A stretch of DNA of 64,000 bases from sequence record NC_052662.1, one strand, 5' to 3'. Made by a program: the position numbers and the translations under genes. The notes beneath the pieces are model-generated. The model made no database searches. It was not told the origin of the DNA and saw only the letters and a list, made by a program, of their open reading frames with translations. This document shows positions 25,800-35,919 of the stretch, piece after piece (positions within the stretch are counted from its first letter, which is position 1; the number at the start of each line of letters is the position of its first letter). Source of the DNA: Escherichia phage Mt1B1_P17.

Positions 25800-26155
25800 A
25801 AAATATTATTGATGTAGATGTGTTTGGTATCACAGCACTACAAGACAAACAAGCAACATTATACTACCATAAAAAAGAGGATAAGGCTTACATCTACATC
25901 TACCTAGGAGCAGAAAAATTTGGTGTTGGAGATATGGCTCTAAATGTAGAAGGGGATCTTCCTTTAGAACAAAAGTTGAAAGTTTTTCGTTTCACAAGAG
26001 ATGTTAAACTAGACGGCGTTATCGCAATCCTACAAGAAGACCATTATTATATGGTAACTTTCGTTACTCCTGCTTTCTCTGGTCTTAATGGAGAAGAAGC
26101 TCTTAACGATGTTATTATCTTAAAGATTGGTAATGCTTTAAACGATGTAAACTAA
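25796..26155 (+). CDS. hypothetical protein, about 119 aa (TTG start)
   Basis: RBS GGAGGAG before TTG; ORF continues to 26155. Confidence 0.4.
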   Translation: MKNIIDVDVFGITALQDKQATLYYHKKEDKAYIYIYLGAEKFGVGDMALNVEGDLPLEQKLKVFRFTRDVKLDGVIAILQEDHYYMVTFVTPAFSGLNGEEALNDVIILKIGNALNDVN

Positions 26156-26169
26156 AGGAGGGAGTGTGT

Positions 26170-26679
26170 ATGTTCTTTGATGCAAATTCTCTTTTTGTAT
26201 CTACAGCAGGGCAGTCTGCTGTTAATGCAGAATTTGAGGAAAGAGAAGAATGGATTGATAATCACAACTATGATCCAAGTAATCTAAACTGGTGCAGTTT
26301 GGATGTTGGTAATCTTAGTAGAGATAATGCACTTAGAGCATACTACTCTGTATATACTGTTGACAATCTTTATCAATACTACGTGTTTCGTAGTCTTATT
26401 GTTAATCTTAATTTAGCTGGACGTTTAAAGAACAATAAGGCATTCACATTGGGACATTATATTCCCTTCCGTAAAGGTGGTGTGCATTTTCCATGTAATT
26501 GGATCATTCAAACACGAAAAGAAAACAGTTTAGCAGGAGACACCATGCCAAGATTTAAAGATAAGTGGACATGGGAAAAACAAATGGGGTACATTAATGC
26601 ACATTTGCCACCTAATCTAAAAGAACCTTATGCCAGCAGAGCTAAGGAAATGATGAGGATTGTCAAGAGTTTTTATTAA
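26170..26679 (+). CDS. hypothetical protein, possible HNH-like nuclease (GHYIPFRKGG...N)
   Basis: Partial HNH-like His/Asn motif; RBS AAGGAGGG; weak assignment. Confidence 0.35.
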   Translation: MFFDANSLFVSTAGQSAVNAEFEEREEWIDNHNYDPSNLNWCSLDVGNLSRDNALRAYYSVYTVDNLYQYYVFRSLIVNLNLAGRLKNNKAFTLGHYIPFRKGGVHFPCNWIIQTRKENSLAGDTMPRFKDKWTWEKQMGYINAHLPPNLKEPYASRAKEMMRIVKSFY

Positions 26680-26693
26680 GAGAGGAGAAATAC

Positions 26694-28286
26694 GTGTCTA
26701 CACAATTGAGTTTTACACCTACCGAGGAACAATACGCTATTGAAAGCGGGTATAAAGAAAATCGTTTCGTTACAATTCAAGCTAAATCTGGATCAGGTAA
26801 AACGTCAACACTGTATATGTTGGCTAATGGCACAAATGATAGTATTCTATATTTGGCGTTTAACAAAAGTATGGCAGAGGAAGCTCGACGTAAAATGCCG
26901 CCTAACGTTATGTGCCGAACGCTACATTCAATCTGTTACCAGCGTCTTCCACAAAACCTTCGACACAAATTGTCTCGTCCAGAAGGTCAATATGTTAACG
27001 TAGCTGGAACTGGTAGTGAGATTGCCAAAAAATTCAAGATTCAGAATTTGATTGATAAGAATGGTAAAGTGCTACTGACTCGTGCAATGATCGGGTTAAT
27101 GGTAAAACAAACTTTAGCTAAATATGAGTTTTCTGACGATGAACATATCGGACATAAACATTTTCCTAAAGTGCACATGTCAGATCTAAAACGTAAAAAC
27201 ATCAACGAACAAAAACTTATTAACGAAGTTGTTAAATATGCGAAGCAACTTTGGCGTGAGCGTATTGATCCTAAATCAGAAACCATTATGACTCATGACA
27301 CCTATGTGAAACTCTTTGAATTGAGCAAAGAAGATTTAGGATACGATATTATTTTTGGAGATGAATTCCAGGATGTTAACCCTGCATTCCTGTCTATCCT
27401 TCGTAATGCTAAATCGGCTAAACGTATTGTTGTTGTGGGTGATGAATTTCAGAGTATTTATCAGTTCCGTGGAAGCCAGAACATGATGAAGCAAACGGCT
27501 ACATATGGGGTTGAGTTGCCTCTGACAGCTTGTTTTCGCTTTGGTCCTAAAGTTGCGGACATTGCTAATGCGATCCTTTCTGATCGTTCACCTCTGAAGC
27601 ATCCGCTGGTAGGCAAAGGTTATGATACTGTCACTGGAAGTTTTCATTCTGATGTGGTAGATTATAGTAAACCTTACACCATTATTTTCCGTAAGAATTT
27701 GACTCTGTTGCTCGAAGCTATGGACCGAATCGCTAACGGAGAAGAGATTATTATTAACGTAGATACCAAAGATTTCATTTCTATGGTTGATAGTGTTAAT
27801 GCTTTACGTAGAGGCGATTTGGACAAAGTTAAGCATGAGACAGTTCTCCCTTACACTTCTTGGGAAGAATTTGTAGAGTGTGCAGAATCAGATCCTGATG
27901 CAAAACGACTTTTAAACATTGTTGTTTCTGGTAAAGCTAACAATATTGCATACACTTTACGTATGCACCGTAACTCTCCAACAGCTAAAGTTACTTTAAC
28001 TACAGCCCACAAATCAAAAGGTTTGGAATGGGATCAGGTTATTGTTGCAAATGACTTTCCTTCTAATTATGATAAGAAGGGTGAGTGGGTAGGTCTTGAA
28101 GAATCAGAACGAAACCTTCTGTATGTTGCACATACACGTTGTATTAAATGTCTACAATGGAACCGGACTGTTCAAGAGATTCTAGACATGCATCGTTTAG
28201 GTAAGAGCACGGCTCCTGTATCCGAAGAAGATAAGCTTATAGCTGCCCTTGCTCGTAAGATTAATCAAATCAGAGAGGATCGTTAA
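26694..28286 (+). CDS. UvrD/PcrA-like superfamily 1 DNA helicase
   Basis: Walker A AKSGSGKTS, motif II GDEFQDVNP, UvrD-like C-terminal TTAHKSKGLEWD; GTG start with RBS AGAGGAG. Confidence 0.7.
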   Translation: MSTQLSFTPTEEQYAIESGYKENRFVTIQAKSGSGKTSTLYMLANGTNDSILYLAFNKSMAEEARRKMPPNVMCRTLHSICYQRLPQNLRHKLSRPEGQYVNVAGTGSEIAKKFKIQNLIDKNGKVLLTRAMIGLMVKQTLAKYEFSDDEHIGHKHFPKVHMSDLKRKNINEQKLINEVVKYAKQLWRERIDPKSETIMTHDTYVKLFELSKEDLGYDIIFGDEFQDVNPAFLSILRNAKSAKRIVVVGDEFQSIYQFRGSQNMMKQTATYGVELPLTACFRFGPKVADIANAILSDRSPLKHPLVGKGYDTVTGSFHSDVVDYSKPYTIIFRKNLTLLLEAMDRIANGEEIIINVDTKDFISMVDSVNALRRGDLDKVKHETVLPYTSWEEFVECAESDPDAKRLLNIVVSGKANNIAYTLRMHRNSPTAKVTLTTAHKSKGLEWDQVIVANDFPSNYDKKGEWVGLEESERNLLYVAHTRCIKCLQWNRTVQEILDMHRLGKSTAPVSEEDKLIAALARKINQIREDR

Positions 28287-28538
28287 ATGGCGGGGTATCA
28301 CATAACAGACATTAAGAAACAACCTTATGGCAGCATAGAAAAGATTAAAGAGGAAGTAGAAGAACTTTTTGATGCTGTTGAACAGGATTGCAAAATAATG
28401 CAACTTGTTGAATTATCAGATATTATAGGTGCTGTTGAGGGAGTTTTAGAACAACAGTTCCCAGATATGACTTTACAAGATTTAATCATTATGTCCAGCA
28501 TTACTAAACGCGCTTTCCGCACAGGAGGGAGATCATGA
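28287..28538 (+). CDS. small acidic helical protein, possible MazG-like NTP pyrophosphatase
   Basis: EEVEELFDAVEQD...ELSDIIGAVEG pattern resembles MazG/HisE-type metal-binding helices; tentative. Confidence 0.35.
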   Translation: MAGYHITDIKKQPYGSIEKIKEEVEELFDAVEQDCKIMQLVELSDIIGAVEGVLEQQFPDMTLQDLIIMSSITKRAFRTGGRS

Positions 28539-29089
28539 ACGTAGCTGTTATTGCTCAAGCTATTGATTACTATGGGCGATTTGCGGAGATGTTGGAAGTC
28601 CCTTATCTTGTAGATGCGGATATCCTTGCATATACATTACCAGAAGGTAAAGAGGATCGCCCCTTGGGGCATCCTAATGGTAAGTTCTACGTAGCCAGTG
28701 CAGAGCAGTCTTTCCTCCAGATGGAGAAAGACGGGTTTGAATTTTCAACAGATCATCCTTATATGGCTCTAACACCTTGCTACCGAACAGAAGAAGAGTT
28801 AGATGATGTTCATTTTAACATTTTCTTGAAGTTGGAAATTATTGAGTTTTATCCAGGAGCATCCATCAAAGAATATGCCGAAACTATGCGCTATTTCTTT
28901 TGGACGTATTACAAAGTTCAAACTCAAATCATAGAGACAGATATTGGTCTTGACGTGGAAGATATGTATGGGTTAGAATTAGGTTCGTTTGGGATGAGAA
29001 CTTCTCCACAAGGTCATCCGTATTTATACGCCACTGGTATCGCAGAGCCTAGGGCATCTATTGCAATAAAACGAGGAGGGTTATTATGA
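28535..29089 (+). CDS. hypothetical protein (184 aa)
   Basis: ORF; RBS GGAGGGAG; overlapping start/stop. Confidence 0.5.
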   Translation: MNVAVIAQAIDYYGRFAEMLEVPYLVDADILAYTLPEGKEDRPLGHPNGKFYVASAEQSFLQMEKDGFEFSTDHPYMALTPCYRTEEELDDVHFNIFLKLEIIEFYPGASIKEYAETMRYFFWTYYKVQTQIIETDIGLDVEDMYGLELGSFGMRTSPQGHPYLYATGIAEPRASIAIKRGGLL

Positions 29090-30432
29090 ATGTATATACA
29101 CATAAGCAAGATTTGGTAACAGCGGCAAACAATCGGGGCTTGTTCGATAGGCTTTGCAAAGCTATTGAAATTGCATATGGTTGGACTAAAGAGACAGATC
29201 CTAAACTTACAGGACAATATGCTCTTTTACACGGTTGCACAAATTTTCCATACATCTGTCACACAGTCGGGACCAATGAATTTTCTGGAGAGCCGACAGT
29301 AGGAGATAATGAGCTACGTTTTACAGGAGATGCAATGCTAGATTTAATTCTTAAGAAAGCTAAAATGCTAAAAATTGAAGATGTTTACACAGACACTAGT
29401 AACCTTTCTGAAGAAGAAATTGGAGAAATGATTACTACTTTCAATAATACAACAGGGAAGAGTTTTTGGACTAAAAGCGATGCTTCCCGTCTTAAACGAG
29501 TAGACCCTGCTATTCCAGAAGACGGTAAGAAGTATCGAAAAGTTATCTTTTACGATAAAATGGCAGGTCTGGATGCTCTACATCTTGAGTGTGGAAGCCT
29601 TGTGCCTCCGGCTGTCAGAGAACATGAATTTGCAGTTGAGGTTGAAGCGCAGGAGTTTAAAGATATGTTTTATACTAAGCATGTAAGAAAAGTGGAAGAT
29701 GTGGAACAACAAAAAGAGACTTTTGAACCAGAAGACACAGAGCCTACCTATATTCCTAATACAGGTATTCAACCTTGTGAAGACTTTGTTCAAGTCCGTT
29801 ACAAAAATGGTGTTTTAGAAGTATGTAAAGCCAACCACTTCGAATGGGAGAAATACGATAGTGAATGGCAGATTGAAGAATATTTTGTTCTCCCAAGAAC
29901 AGCAAAATACCAAGCACACATCGGAGGTAGACGCCCTTGTGATGGTCCTGTTAATGTTCTTTTTCGAAATGGGGACCAAGGAAAAGGTTTGGCAGAGACA
30001 TTTTATTGGAGCCACTCTGGAGATGGATCAGATATTGTAGGTTATATTAAACTTAACCCATCTCCACGTTACCGCAAACGTCGTCAGAAGCCGCCAGTAG
30101 GTAAGAAGAGTGTCGTTCGTGTCCTCTACACTACACAACAGACCTACACATTTAAAAATGTGGTAGACGTGCAAGTAACCGAGGAGCGAGTTTATATCCA
30201 ATATGACCGTGAAGTTACAGAGGGTATCAAAGAATCGGTTACTACCGAAATTGAAAATAAGCTTGTTATGGCAATCATTGTGGAAGAAAGTAAAGTAGAG
30301 AACGGTAAAGCCTACACTGTTCGTGATAGCTTCTTGCGTAATATTGATGGAACTTGGGATTATAATGGACACGATGGGACCGCTGTAAAGAACGGTAAGA
30401 TCATGGGAAGACAATTCCTCTCCAAACGATAA
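29086..30432 (+). CDS. hypothetical protein (448 aa)
   Basis: ORF; RBS GAGGAGGG; followed by terminator. Confidence 0.5.
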   Translation: MNVYTHKQDLVTAANNRGLFDRLCKAIEIAYGWTKETDPKLTGQYALLHGCTNFPYICHTVGTNEFSGEPTVGDNELRFTGDAMLDLILKKAKMLKIEDVYTDTSNLSEEEIGEMITTFNNTTGKSFWTKSDASRLKRVDPAIPEDGKKYRKVIFYDKMAGLDALHLECGSLVPPAVREHEFAVEVEAQEFKDMFYTKHVRKVEDVEQQKETFEPEDTEPTYIPNTGIQPCEDFVQVRYKNGVLEVCKANHFEWEKYDSEWQIEEYFVLPRTAKYQAHIGGRRPCDGPVNVLFRNGDQGKGLAETFYWSHSGDGSDIVGYIKLNPSPRYRKRRQKPPVGKKSVVRVLYTTQQTYTFKNVVDVQVTEERVYIQYDREVTEGIKESVTTEIENKLVMAIIVEESKVENGKAYTVRDSFLRNIDGTWDYNGHDGTAVKNGKIMGRQFLSKR

Positions 30433-30437
30433 AACTT

Positions 30438-30461
30438 AAAGGCGCACTTTGCGCCTTTTTT
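30438..30461 (+). terminator. intrinsic terminator AAAGGCGC-ACTTT-GCGCCTTT plus T6
   Basis: Perfect stem followed by TTTTTT. Confidence 0.6.
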
Positions 30462-30532
30462 GATTTTCCTCAAAGCTTTTTTCGGTTGGAAGAGGTAGAA
30501 TAATAGTTCTACTCACAAAATAAGGATTAATA

Positions 30533-32347
30533 ATGAAAGATTTGTACCAAGATGTTTTTTCTTTTTTAGATCGCACTTCAGAAACATACACTAGAGAGAA
30601 TGCAAACAAACCTTCCCACCTCGTTAACACGCATAGGGATCTCTTGGCGGGGATTTTAAGCAAACATATGGCAATGACACAGATACTGCCAAAAAACTTG
30701 TCAGAGTGGCATACAGAAGGTTTTGGACATATTCACGACTTGGATTATCTACTCTCTCCTCTTACAAACTGTTGTCTTGTTAATTATCAAGATATGTTAG
30801 AGAATGGTTTTAAGATCGGAGCCGCACAGATAGAAAAACCAAAATCTATTGGGGTAGCTACCACAGTGCTAACTCAAATTATCCAAGCTGTTGCCTCCAG
30901 TCAGTATGGAGGTCAGACGTGTGCGCACATTGATAAAGGTCTTAGTCCTTATGTTGAAGCTAGTTTCCTTAAAAACATGGAGATAACCAAACGTCGCTAC
31001 GGTTGTTATGCAAGGAAAGAAGCCCTAGAAATGACCGAACAAGATGTATACGATGCTATGCAAACTCTCTTGTATCAGGTTAATACTTTAATGAGTGTTA
31101 ATGGACAATCTCCTTTTATTACAATCAGTATGGGTCTGGATACCTCTGTTTTTGGCAGAATGATTACAGCTAACTATCTTAAAGTGCATAGTAACGGTCT
31201 AGGCAAAGATCATGTAACGCCTGTATTCCCTAAAGTTATTTTCTTTTTACAAGAAGGTGTTAACATGAAACCTAGTGATCCTAACTATGACCTTAAGCAA
31301 CAAGCTTTGGCATGTTGTGCTGATCGTATTTATCCAGATTTTATTTCTGTTCCTTTGAACAAAGAAGTTACGGGATCAGCAGATGGTACTGTTACGAGTA
31401 TGGGTTGTCGTTCCTTTTTGTCGTACTATGCCACCGAACAAGGAGAAAAATACGATGGACGATTCAACCTTGGAGTAGTTTCTATCAACTTACCTCTGAT
31501 CGCTGCGGAAGCGAGAAGTAAAGGAGAATCTTTCACCGATCTTCTTAATAAACATATGGAGATAGCCTACGATGCTCACATGCTACGTGTAAACCGTATC
31601 AGACATACCAAAGCATCTGAAAACCCTATTCTTTTCATGGAAGGGGCTTTAGCGCGTTTAAATGCCAATGATGAAATTGGTGTTTTGTTTGAAGGTGGTT
31701 ATGCTTCTATTAGTATTGGTTATGTAGGTCTTGCCGAAGCTTTGGAAATCCTTTATCCAGAAGAAAAAGATAAAAAGGAATTTGGTAAAAGCATTCTGCA
31801 ACATATGAAAGATGTGTGTGCTGTGTTTAAAGAACGATCTAAGCTGGCGTTTAGTCTCTATGGAACTCCAGCAGAATCTTTGTGCTATAAGTTTGCAACA
31901 GCTTTAAATGAAAAATACCCAGGTTTGGTAGAAAGAGACTATCTTACTAACTCTTTTCATCAACCTGTATGGTTGGTAACAAATCCTTTTGAAAAATGGG
32001 ATTATGAAGCAGGTTTTGCACAGATTAGTAATGGTGGTAACATAAGTTATGTCGAAACACCAAACTTAAAGAATAACTTAGAAGCTTTGGAGACTTTAGT
32101 AGACTACGCTTATGAACATATTCACTATTTTGGTATTAATCAGCCCGTGGATCAATGCTTTAAGTGTGGTTTTCATGGAGAATTTAAGGCAACGGCTAAA
32201 GGGTTTGAGTGTCCTGATTGTGGCAACCATGAAGAAGAAACTATTTCTGTAGTTAGACGTGTATCAGGGTATCTTTCTGCCCCTAATTCACGGCCTTACA
32301 ACAAAGGTAAAATGCAGGAAGTTTTGCAAAGGGAGAAACATCTTTGA
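30533..32347 (+). CDS. nrdD: anaerobic ribonucleoside-triphosphate reductase (class III RNR)
   Basis: C-terminal zinc ribbon CFKCG...CPDCG followed by glycyl-radical motif RRVSGYL; size about 600 aa. Confidence 0.85.
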   Translation: MKDLYQDVFSFLDRTSETYTRENANKPSHLVNTHRDLLAGILSKHMAMTQILPKNLSEWHTEGFGHIHDLDYLLSPLTNCCLVNYQDMLENGFKIGAAQIEKPKSIGVATTVLTQIIQAVASSQYGGQTCAHIDKGLSPYVEASFLKNMEITKRRYGCYARKEALEMTEQDVYDAMQTLLYQVNTLMSVNGQSPFITISMGLDTSVFGRMITANYLKVHSNGLGKDHVTPVFPKVIFFLQEGVNMKPSDPNYDLKQQALACCADRIYPDFISVPLNKEVTGSADGTVTSMGCRSFLSYYATEQGEKYDGRFNLGVVSINLPLIAAEARSKGESFTDLLNKHMEIAYDAHMLRVNRIRHTKASENPILFMEGALARLNANDEIGVLFEGGYASISIGYVGLAEALEILYPEEKDKKEFGKSILQHMKDVCAVFKERSKLAFSLYGTPAESLCYKFATALNEKYPGLVERDYLTNSFHQPVWLVTNPFEKWDYEAGFAQISNGGNISYVETPNLKNNLEALETLVDYAYEHIHYFGINQPVDQCFKCGFHGEFKATAKGFECPDCGNHEEETISVVRRVSGYLSAPNSRPYNKGKMQEVLQREKHL

Positions 32348-32814
32348 ATTTTGCAGGATATGAACCTGTAGATCTTATTAATGGTGAGGGAGTTAGGTGC
32401 TCCCTCTGGGTTAGTGGTTGTAGCCACGGTTGTCGTGGCTGTTTTAACCAAAAAGCCTGGTCTTATTCTTATGGGAAACCGTTCACTCACGAAAATGTAG
32501 AGCAAGTTTTAAAAGATTTGTCAAGACCGTTTGTAAAAGGTTTAACAATTTTAGGAGGAGAGCCATTAGATCCGCAGAATATTTACAATGTTAAAAACCT
32601 TATAGAAAAGGTTAGAGACGTTTATGGGTCAAGCAAAGATATAATGGTGTATACAGGATATACTTTTGAGGAAGTGCCTTTGTATATTAAAAATCTTGTT
32701 GACATTATTGTAGACGGAAAGTATGAAATAAACAATCCAACTACAAAACCTTTCAGAGGGTCAGATAATCAAAGATTATGGACCAAAACGGCAAGTGGTT
32801 GGCAATCAGATTAA
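32344..32814 (+). CDS. nrdG: anaerobic RNR activating enzyme (radical SAM)
   Basis: CSHGCRGC radical-SAM cluster motif near N-terminus; 156 aa; TTG start overlapping nrdD stop. Confidence 0.8.
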   Translation: MNFAGYEPVDLINGEGVRCSLWVSGCSHGCRGCFNQKAWSYSYGKPFTHENVEQVLKDLSRPFVKGLTILGGEPLDPQNIYNVKNLIEKVRDVYGSSKDIMVYTGYTFEEVPLYIKNLVDIIVDGKYEINNPTTKPFRGSDNQRLWTKTASGWQSD

Positions 32815-32827
32815 CTTAGGAGGTTTT

Positions 32828-33019
32828 ATGGTTACATATTTTGCTGTAGGAGATAGAGTAGGGACGGCAGGAGAACTTTTGAAGAACAGTGATCGGGACG
32901 TTAAGGACATTCTTGCAACCCTTGTGGATATTTTACAAAGAAAAGAGTTGCTTTCTGATCGAGATGTTGCTAAATTACTTGATATCGGAGGAGATGAACT
33001 TCAAAGACTTCCATTTTAA
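32828..33019 (+). CDS. hypothetical small protein, about 63 aa
   Basis: Internal Met with RBS AGGAGG. Confidence 0.4.
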   Translation: MVTYFAVGDRVGTAGELLKNSDRDVKDILATLVDILQRKELLSDRDVAKLLDIGGDELQRLPF

Positions 33020-33034
33020 GTGAGGAGATAAGTA

Positions 33035-33640
33035 ATGCAACATAGTGTAGTAGTCAACATGCCGAATAGTGGGGATAAATCTTTTGGTGTCCCTGCTAAA
33101 AAAGTGTGGAAAGCCCATTTTCATCTTACTTTATCTAACGTTAGTTCTGAAGAGTTGATGAAAGCAGCTAAGATTATTGGTGCCAAATGCACAACAATTG
33201 ATTTACATCGGGATACAAAGTCTCAACGTGATCGTATGTTAACAAAGTATCAAAGCGATCTCGACACTACTTTAATGTTGCAGTGTGTAGAAAAACTTGA
33301 GAATGCAGGTTTCAATGTTGTTCGTTACAAACTGGAACGAATGTTTAAACATGTTGCCTGTGTTCTTTTCATGGATCTAAGTAAAGAAAATTACGGAGAA
33401 GTTCACATTAAGACTTCAGCAAGTGATCCCGAAGTAGAAACAAACTTCTTCCGTATTTCTTCTAATGCTGAAGAAATTGATTACCGATTTTATAATGCTC
33501 GCTTATATTCCGCAGAAGATAAGTTGCGTTTCAATGAAGCGTATGATATGCTCTTGAACAGTGGGATACAGATAAAAGGCTACCACATAGAACAAGTGGT
33601 AGTGGACAGTAATCTTAACTTAGACGCATGGTGGGCTTAA
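33035..33640 (+). CDS. hypothetical protein (201 aa)
   Basis: ORF; RBS GAGGAG. Confidence 0.5.
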   Translation: MQHSVVVNMPNSGDKSFGVPAKKVWKAHFHLTLSNVSSEELMKAAKIIGAKCTTIDLHRDTKSQRDRMLTKYQSDLDTTLMLQCVEKLENAGFNVVRYKLERMFKHVACVLFMDLSKENYGEVHIKTSASDPEVETNFFRISSNAEEIDYRFYNARLYSAEDKLRFNEAYDMLLNSGIQIKGYHIEQVVVDSNLNLDAWWA

Positions 33641-33641
33641 T

Positions 33642-34298
33642 ATGACTATTAAACATATCTCTTTTGATGTATGGAACACACTGATCACAGCAAACTCCAA
33701 TTACGCAGACATGCGAGCCTGGACTATCGCAAAATATGGAGATATTACGGAAGTGGAAGCAAGAGCAGCTTATAAAAAGATCAAAAAGGAACTGGATAAT
33801 GCAGCACTTCAAGGCAAAGCCGAGTGTGCAGCATACGCCTGGGAAAGACTTGGTTCTGAACTTGGGATAACGCCTTGGAAGTCTGCAAAGCTTCGTTTCG
33901 AGTGTGAACAGTGGTTCCTTAAGTTTCCACCACACGTAGCCGTGGATCTGCCGATGTACTTGCTGTATCTTTCAGGGCGTTATGATTTGAGTATTAAGAG
34001 CAATACCAACTTCATATCAGGGGATATCCTGCGTCGTGCTTGTAAGTTTGATAGTTGGAATTGTTTTGAGTTCACCCATTTCTCGGATGAAGCTTTACTT
34101 TGTAAACCAGATCCGCGATTCTTTGCTCGCACGCTCACGTATTCTCCGATCCCTCTGTTAGGGCACGAAGTGTTGCACGTAGGCGATAGTGAAGAATATG
34201 ATGGAAAATGTGTTGACTTAGGATTTAACTTCTGTCATATTAAGAACCCTAACGACTTACTAGAGAAACTTAAAAGAGGAGAAATTGTAAATGCGTAA
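33642..34298 (+). CDS. HAD-superfamily hydrolase/phosphatase-like protein
   Basis: HAD motifs I FDVWNTL, II IKSNTN, III KPDPRFF, IV VGDSEEYD in correct order. Confidence 0.55.
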   Translation: MTIKHISFDVWNTLITANSNYADMRAWTIAKYGDITEVEARAAYKKIKKELDNAALQGKAECAAYAWERLGSELGITPWKSAKLRFECEQWFLKFPPHVAVDLPMYLLYLSGRYDLSIKSNTNFISGDILRRACKFDSWNCFEFTHFSDEALLCKPDPRFFARTLTYSPIPLLGHEVLHVGDSEEYDGKCVDLGFNFCHIKNPNDLLEKLKRGEIVNA

Positions 34299-35118
34299 TC
34301 AAACTCAAATTTTTGCAAATAAATTTGATGACCTGGAAACTGCTACTTTTGATATCCAAGATTATTCAAAATTAAAATTTGGTAGTAACCAAGCTGCGCG
34401 TCGTATGGGTAAAGAATTAGCACTTCAGTTTTTTGCTCAAGTGGCAATGAAACATATTGGGGAACAATTTGTTATCATTCCTTCTCCTTATAACCATGTG
34501 CATAATGCTGCAACAATGATGACAGATCATTTTATTAATTATTTTAATATGTTGCAATCACAATATGATCAAGGTCGTTCAGCAGAACTGGACATTATTC
34601 ATCGTAAAGTTAGCTATATCAACGATTATGGTTTCTTGGATAAAGCTAGTCGTAAGAAACTTATTGATGGGGATACATTCTACTGCAACAAAGAATTCTG
34701 GGGTGATAAGAAGCTTGTATTCATTGATGATGTAAATATCACTGGAACGCATGAAGACAAACTGATTGAGATCCTTGATGAAAATCAAGTTAAAAATGAT
34801 GTTTACTTCTTGTATTTTGCAAAATACGAAGGTAATCAAGCAGATACCGAAGCTAAACTGAATTTTAACTACATTAATACACCAGAAGCGTTTGTTAAAA
34901 TGATTAATGAAGAACGTGATGCACAGTGTCTTGTTCGTCCTATTAAGTATCTTATGGGCCAAAATCATGAAGACTTCAAAATCATTCTTAGCCAATTGCC
35001 ACATTACTATGTAGAGCAACTTTTCTTTGGATGTTTGGGAGAAGGTTACAACCGAATTTCAAAGTATGCTGAAAACTTTGAATTCTTGGATCGTTACACA
35101 AAACAACACATTCTGTAA
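34291..35118 (+). CDS. phosphoribosyltransferase (type I PRTase) domain protein
   Basis: PRPP-binding motif KLVFIDDVNITGTHED. Confidence 0.5.
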   Translation: MRNQTQIFANKFDDLETATFDIQDYSKLKFGSNQAARRMGKELALQFFAQVAMKHIGEQFVIIPSPYNHVHNAATMMTDHFINYFNMLQSQYDQGRSAELDIIHRKVSYINDYGFLDKASRKKLIDGDTFYCNKEFWGDKKLVFIDDVNITGTHEDKLIEILDENQVKNDVYFLYFAKYEGNQADTEAKLNFNYINTPEAFVKMINEERDAQCLVRPIKYLMGQNHEDFKIILSQLPHYYVEQLFFGCLGEGYNRISKYAENFEFLDRYTKQHIL

Positions 35119-35132
35119 TAAGGAGCTAAAAA

Positions 35133-35606
35133 ATGCTTAAAATGAAAAGAGGTAATCTTATTGATGCCGCTAAAGCAGGTGAAGTAACTGTTATTGCTCA
35201 TTGTTGCAACTGTATGTGTAATATGGGGGCAGGTATTGCCCCACAAATCAAACAAGCATTTCCTTACGCATATGCAGCAGACTTAGACACAATGGCTGGT
35301 GATCAAAGTAAACTAGGTTGTTTTAGTTTAGGGGTGCCAGACGAACAATCAGACCCTTTGGTATATAATCTATACGGGCAATACCGTTACGGATACAATG
35401 CTAAAGGTCGTCAGTTGGACTATGATGCACTTTACGATGCACTAATAGCTATGGCTAACGATTTGCTTCTCCGTGACCAAAAATGTAAGATCGGCTTACC
35501 TATGATTGGCGCTGGATATGCTGGAGGTAATTGGGCTATCATCCAAGTGATGATTGAAGAAACTTTAGTAAAAACAGGTCACGATGTGACTATTTATAAA
35601 CTTTAA
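35133..35606 (+). CDS. macro domain (ADP-ribose-binding/hydrolase-like) protein
   Basis: N-terminal VIAHCCN...GAGIA and C-terminal GLPMIGAGYAGG resemble macro-domain glycine-rich motifs. Confidence 0.55.
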   Translation: MLKMKRGNLIDAAKAGEVTVIAHCCNCMCNMGAGIAPQIKQAFPYAYAADLDTMAGDQSKLGCFSLGVPDEQSDPLVYNLYGQYRYGYNAKGRQLDYDALYDALIAMANDLLLRDQKCKIGLPMIGAGYAGGNWAIIQVMIEETLVKTGHDVTIYKL

Positions 35607-35618
35607 GAGGAGATTAGT

Positions 35619-35840
35619 ATGGGTGTTTTTGCAGGTATTGTTGCAGTGGTAAGCTTTTTTGTTATTGCTTTTATGCTTAGTTTGATTCCAGCTTGGTTAC
35701 TGTTGCTGGCTTACAACTATGTTGCTGAAGTTATGGGTCATGCAGATATCACTGTCCCAGTAACCTTCTGGACCGTGGTTTGTGTTTCGTTTATTCTGGC
35801 TGTATTACGAGGAATCTTTTCCTCTCATTCAACAAAATAA
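35619..35840 (+). CDS. small membrane protein (two hydrophobic helices)
   Basis: ORF; RBS AGAGGAG. Confidence 0.45.
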   Translation: MGVFAGIVAVVSFFVIAFMLSLIPAWLLLLAYNYVAEVMGHADITVPVTFWTVVCVSFILAVLRGIFSSHSTK

Positions 35841-35843
35841 GTG

Positions 35844-35902
35844 TTGACATAGTTCTTAAAAAGAGTAAGATATATCACATGAAGCGGGGAATAGTTCCCC
35901 GC
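35844..35902 (+). promoter_or_regulatory. early-type promoter cassette on plus strand: TTGACA-N16-TAAGAT plus 5' stem-loop GCGGGGAATAGTTCCCCGC
   Basis: -35 at 35844..35849, -10 at 35866..35871, hairpin 35884..35902; same architecture as the minus-strand early cassettes. Confidence 0.6.
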
Positions 35903-35919
35903 AAAGAGAGGAGAAAAGA

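Noticed and set aside
28535-29089. Class II aminoacyl-tRNA-synthetase-like motifs (TPCYR, GLELGSFGMR) in the 184-aa ORF
   Set aside because: Motif resemblance is short and the protein is far smaller than known class II cores; left as hypothetical.
34579-35019. Antisense ORF inside the phosphoribosyltransferase gene
   Set aside because: Entirely embedded opposite a gene with a clear domain motif; Ile/Phe/Asn-rich translation typical of the reverse strand of AT-rich coding DNA.
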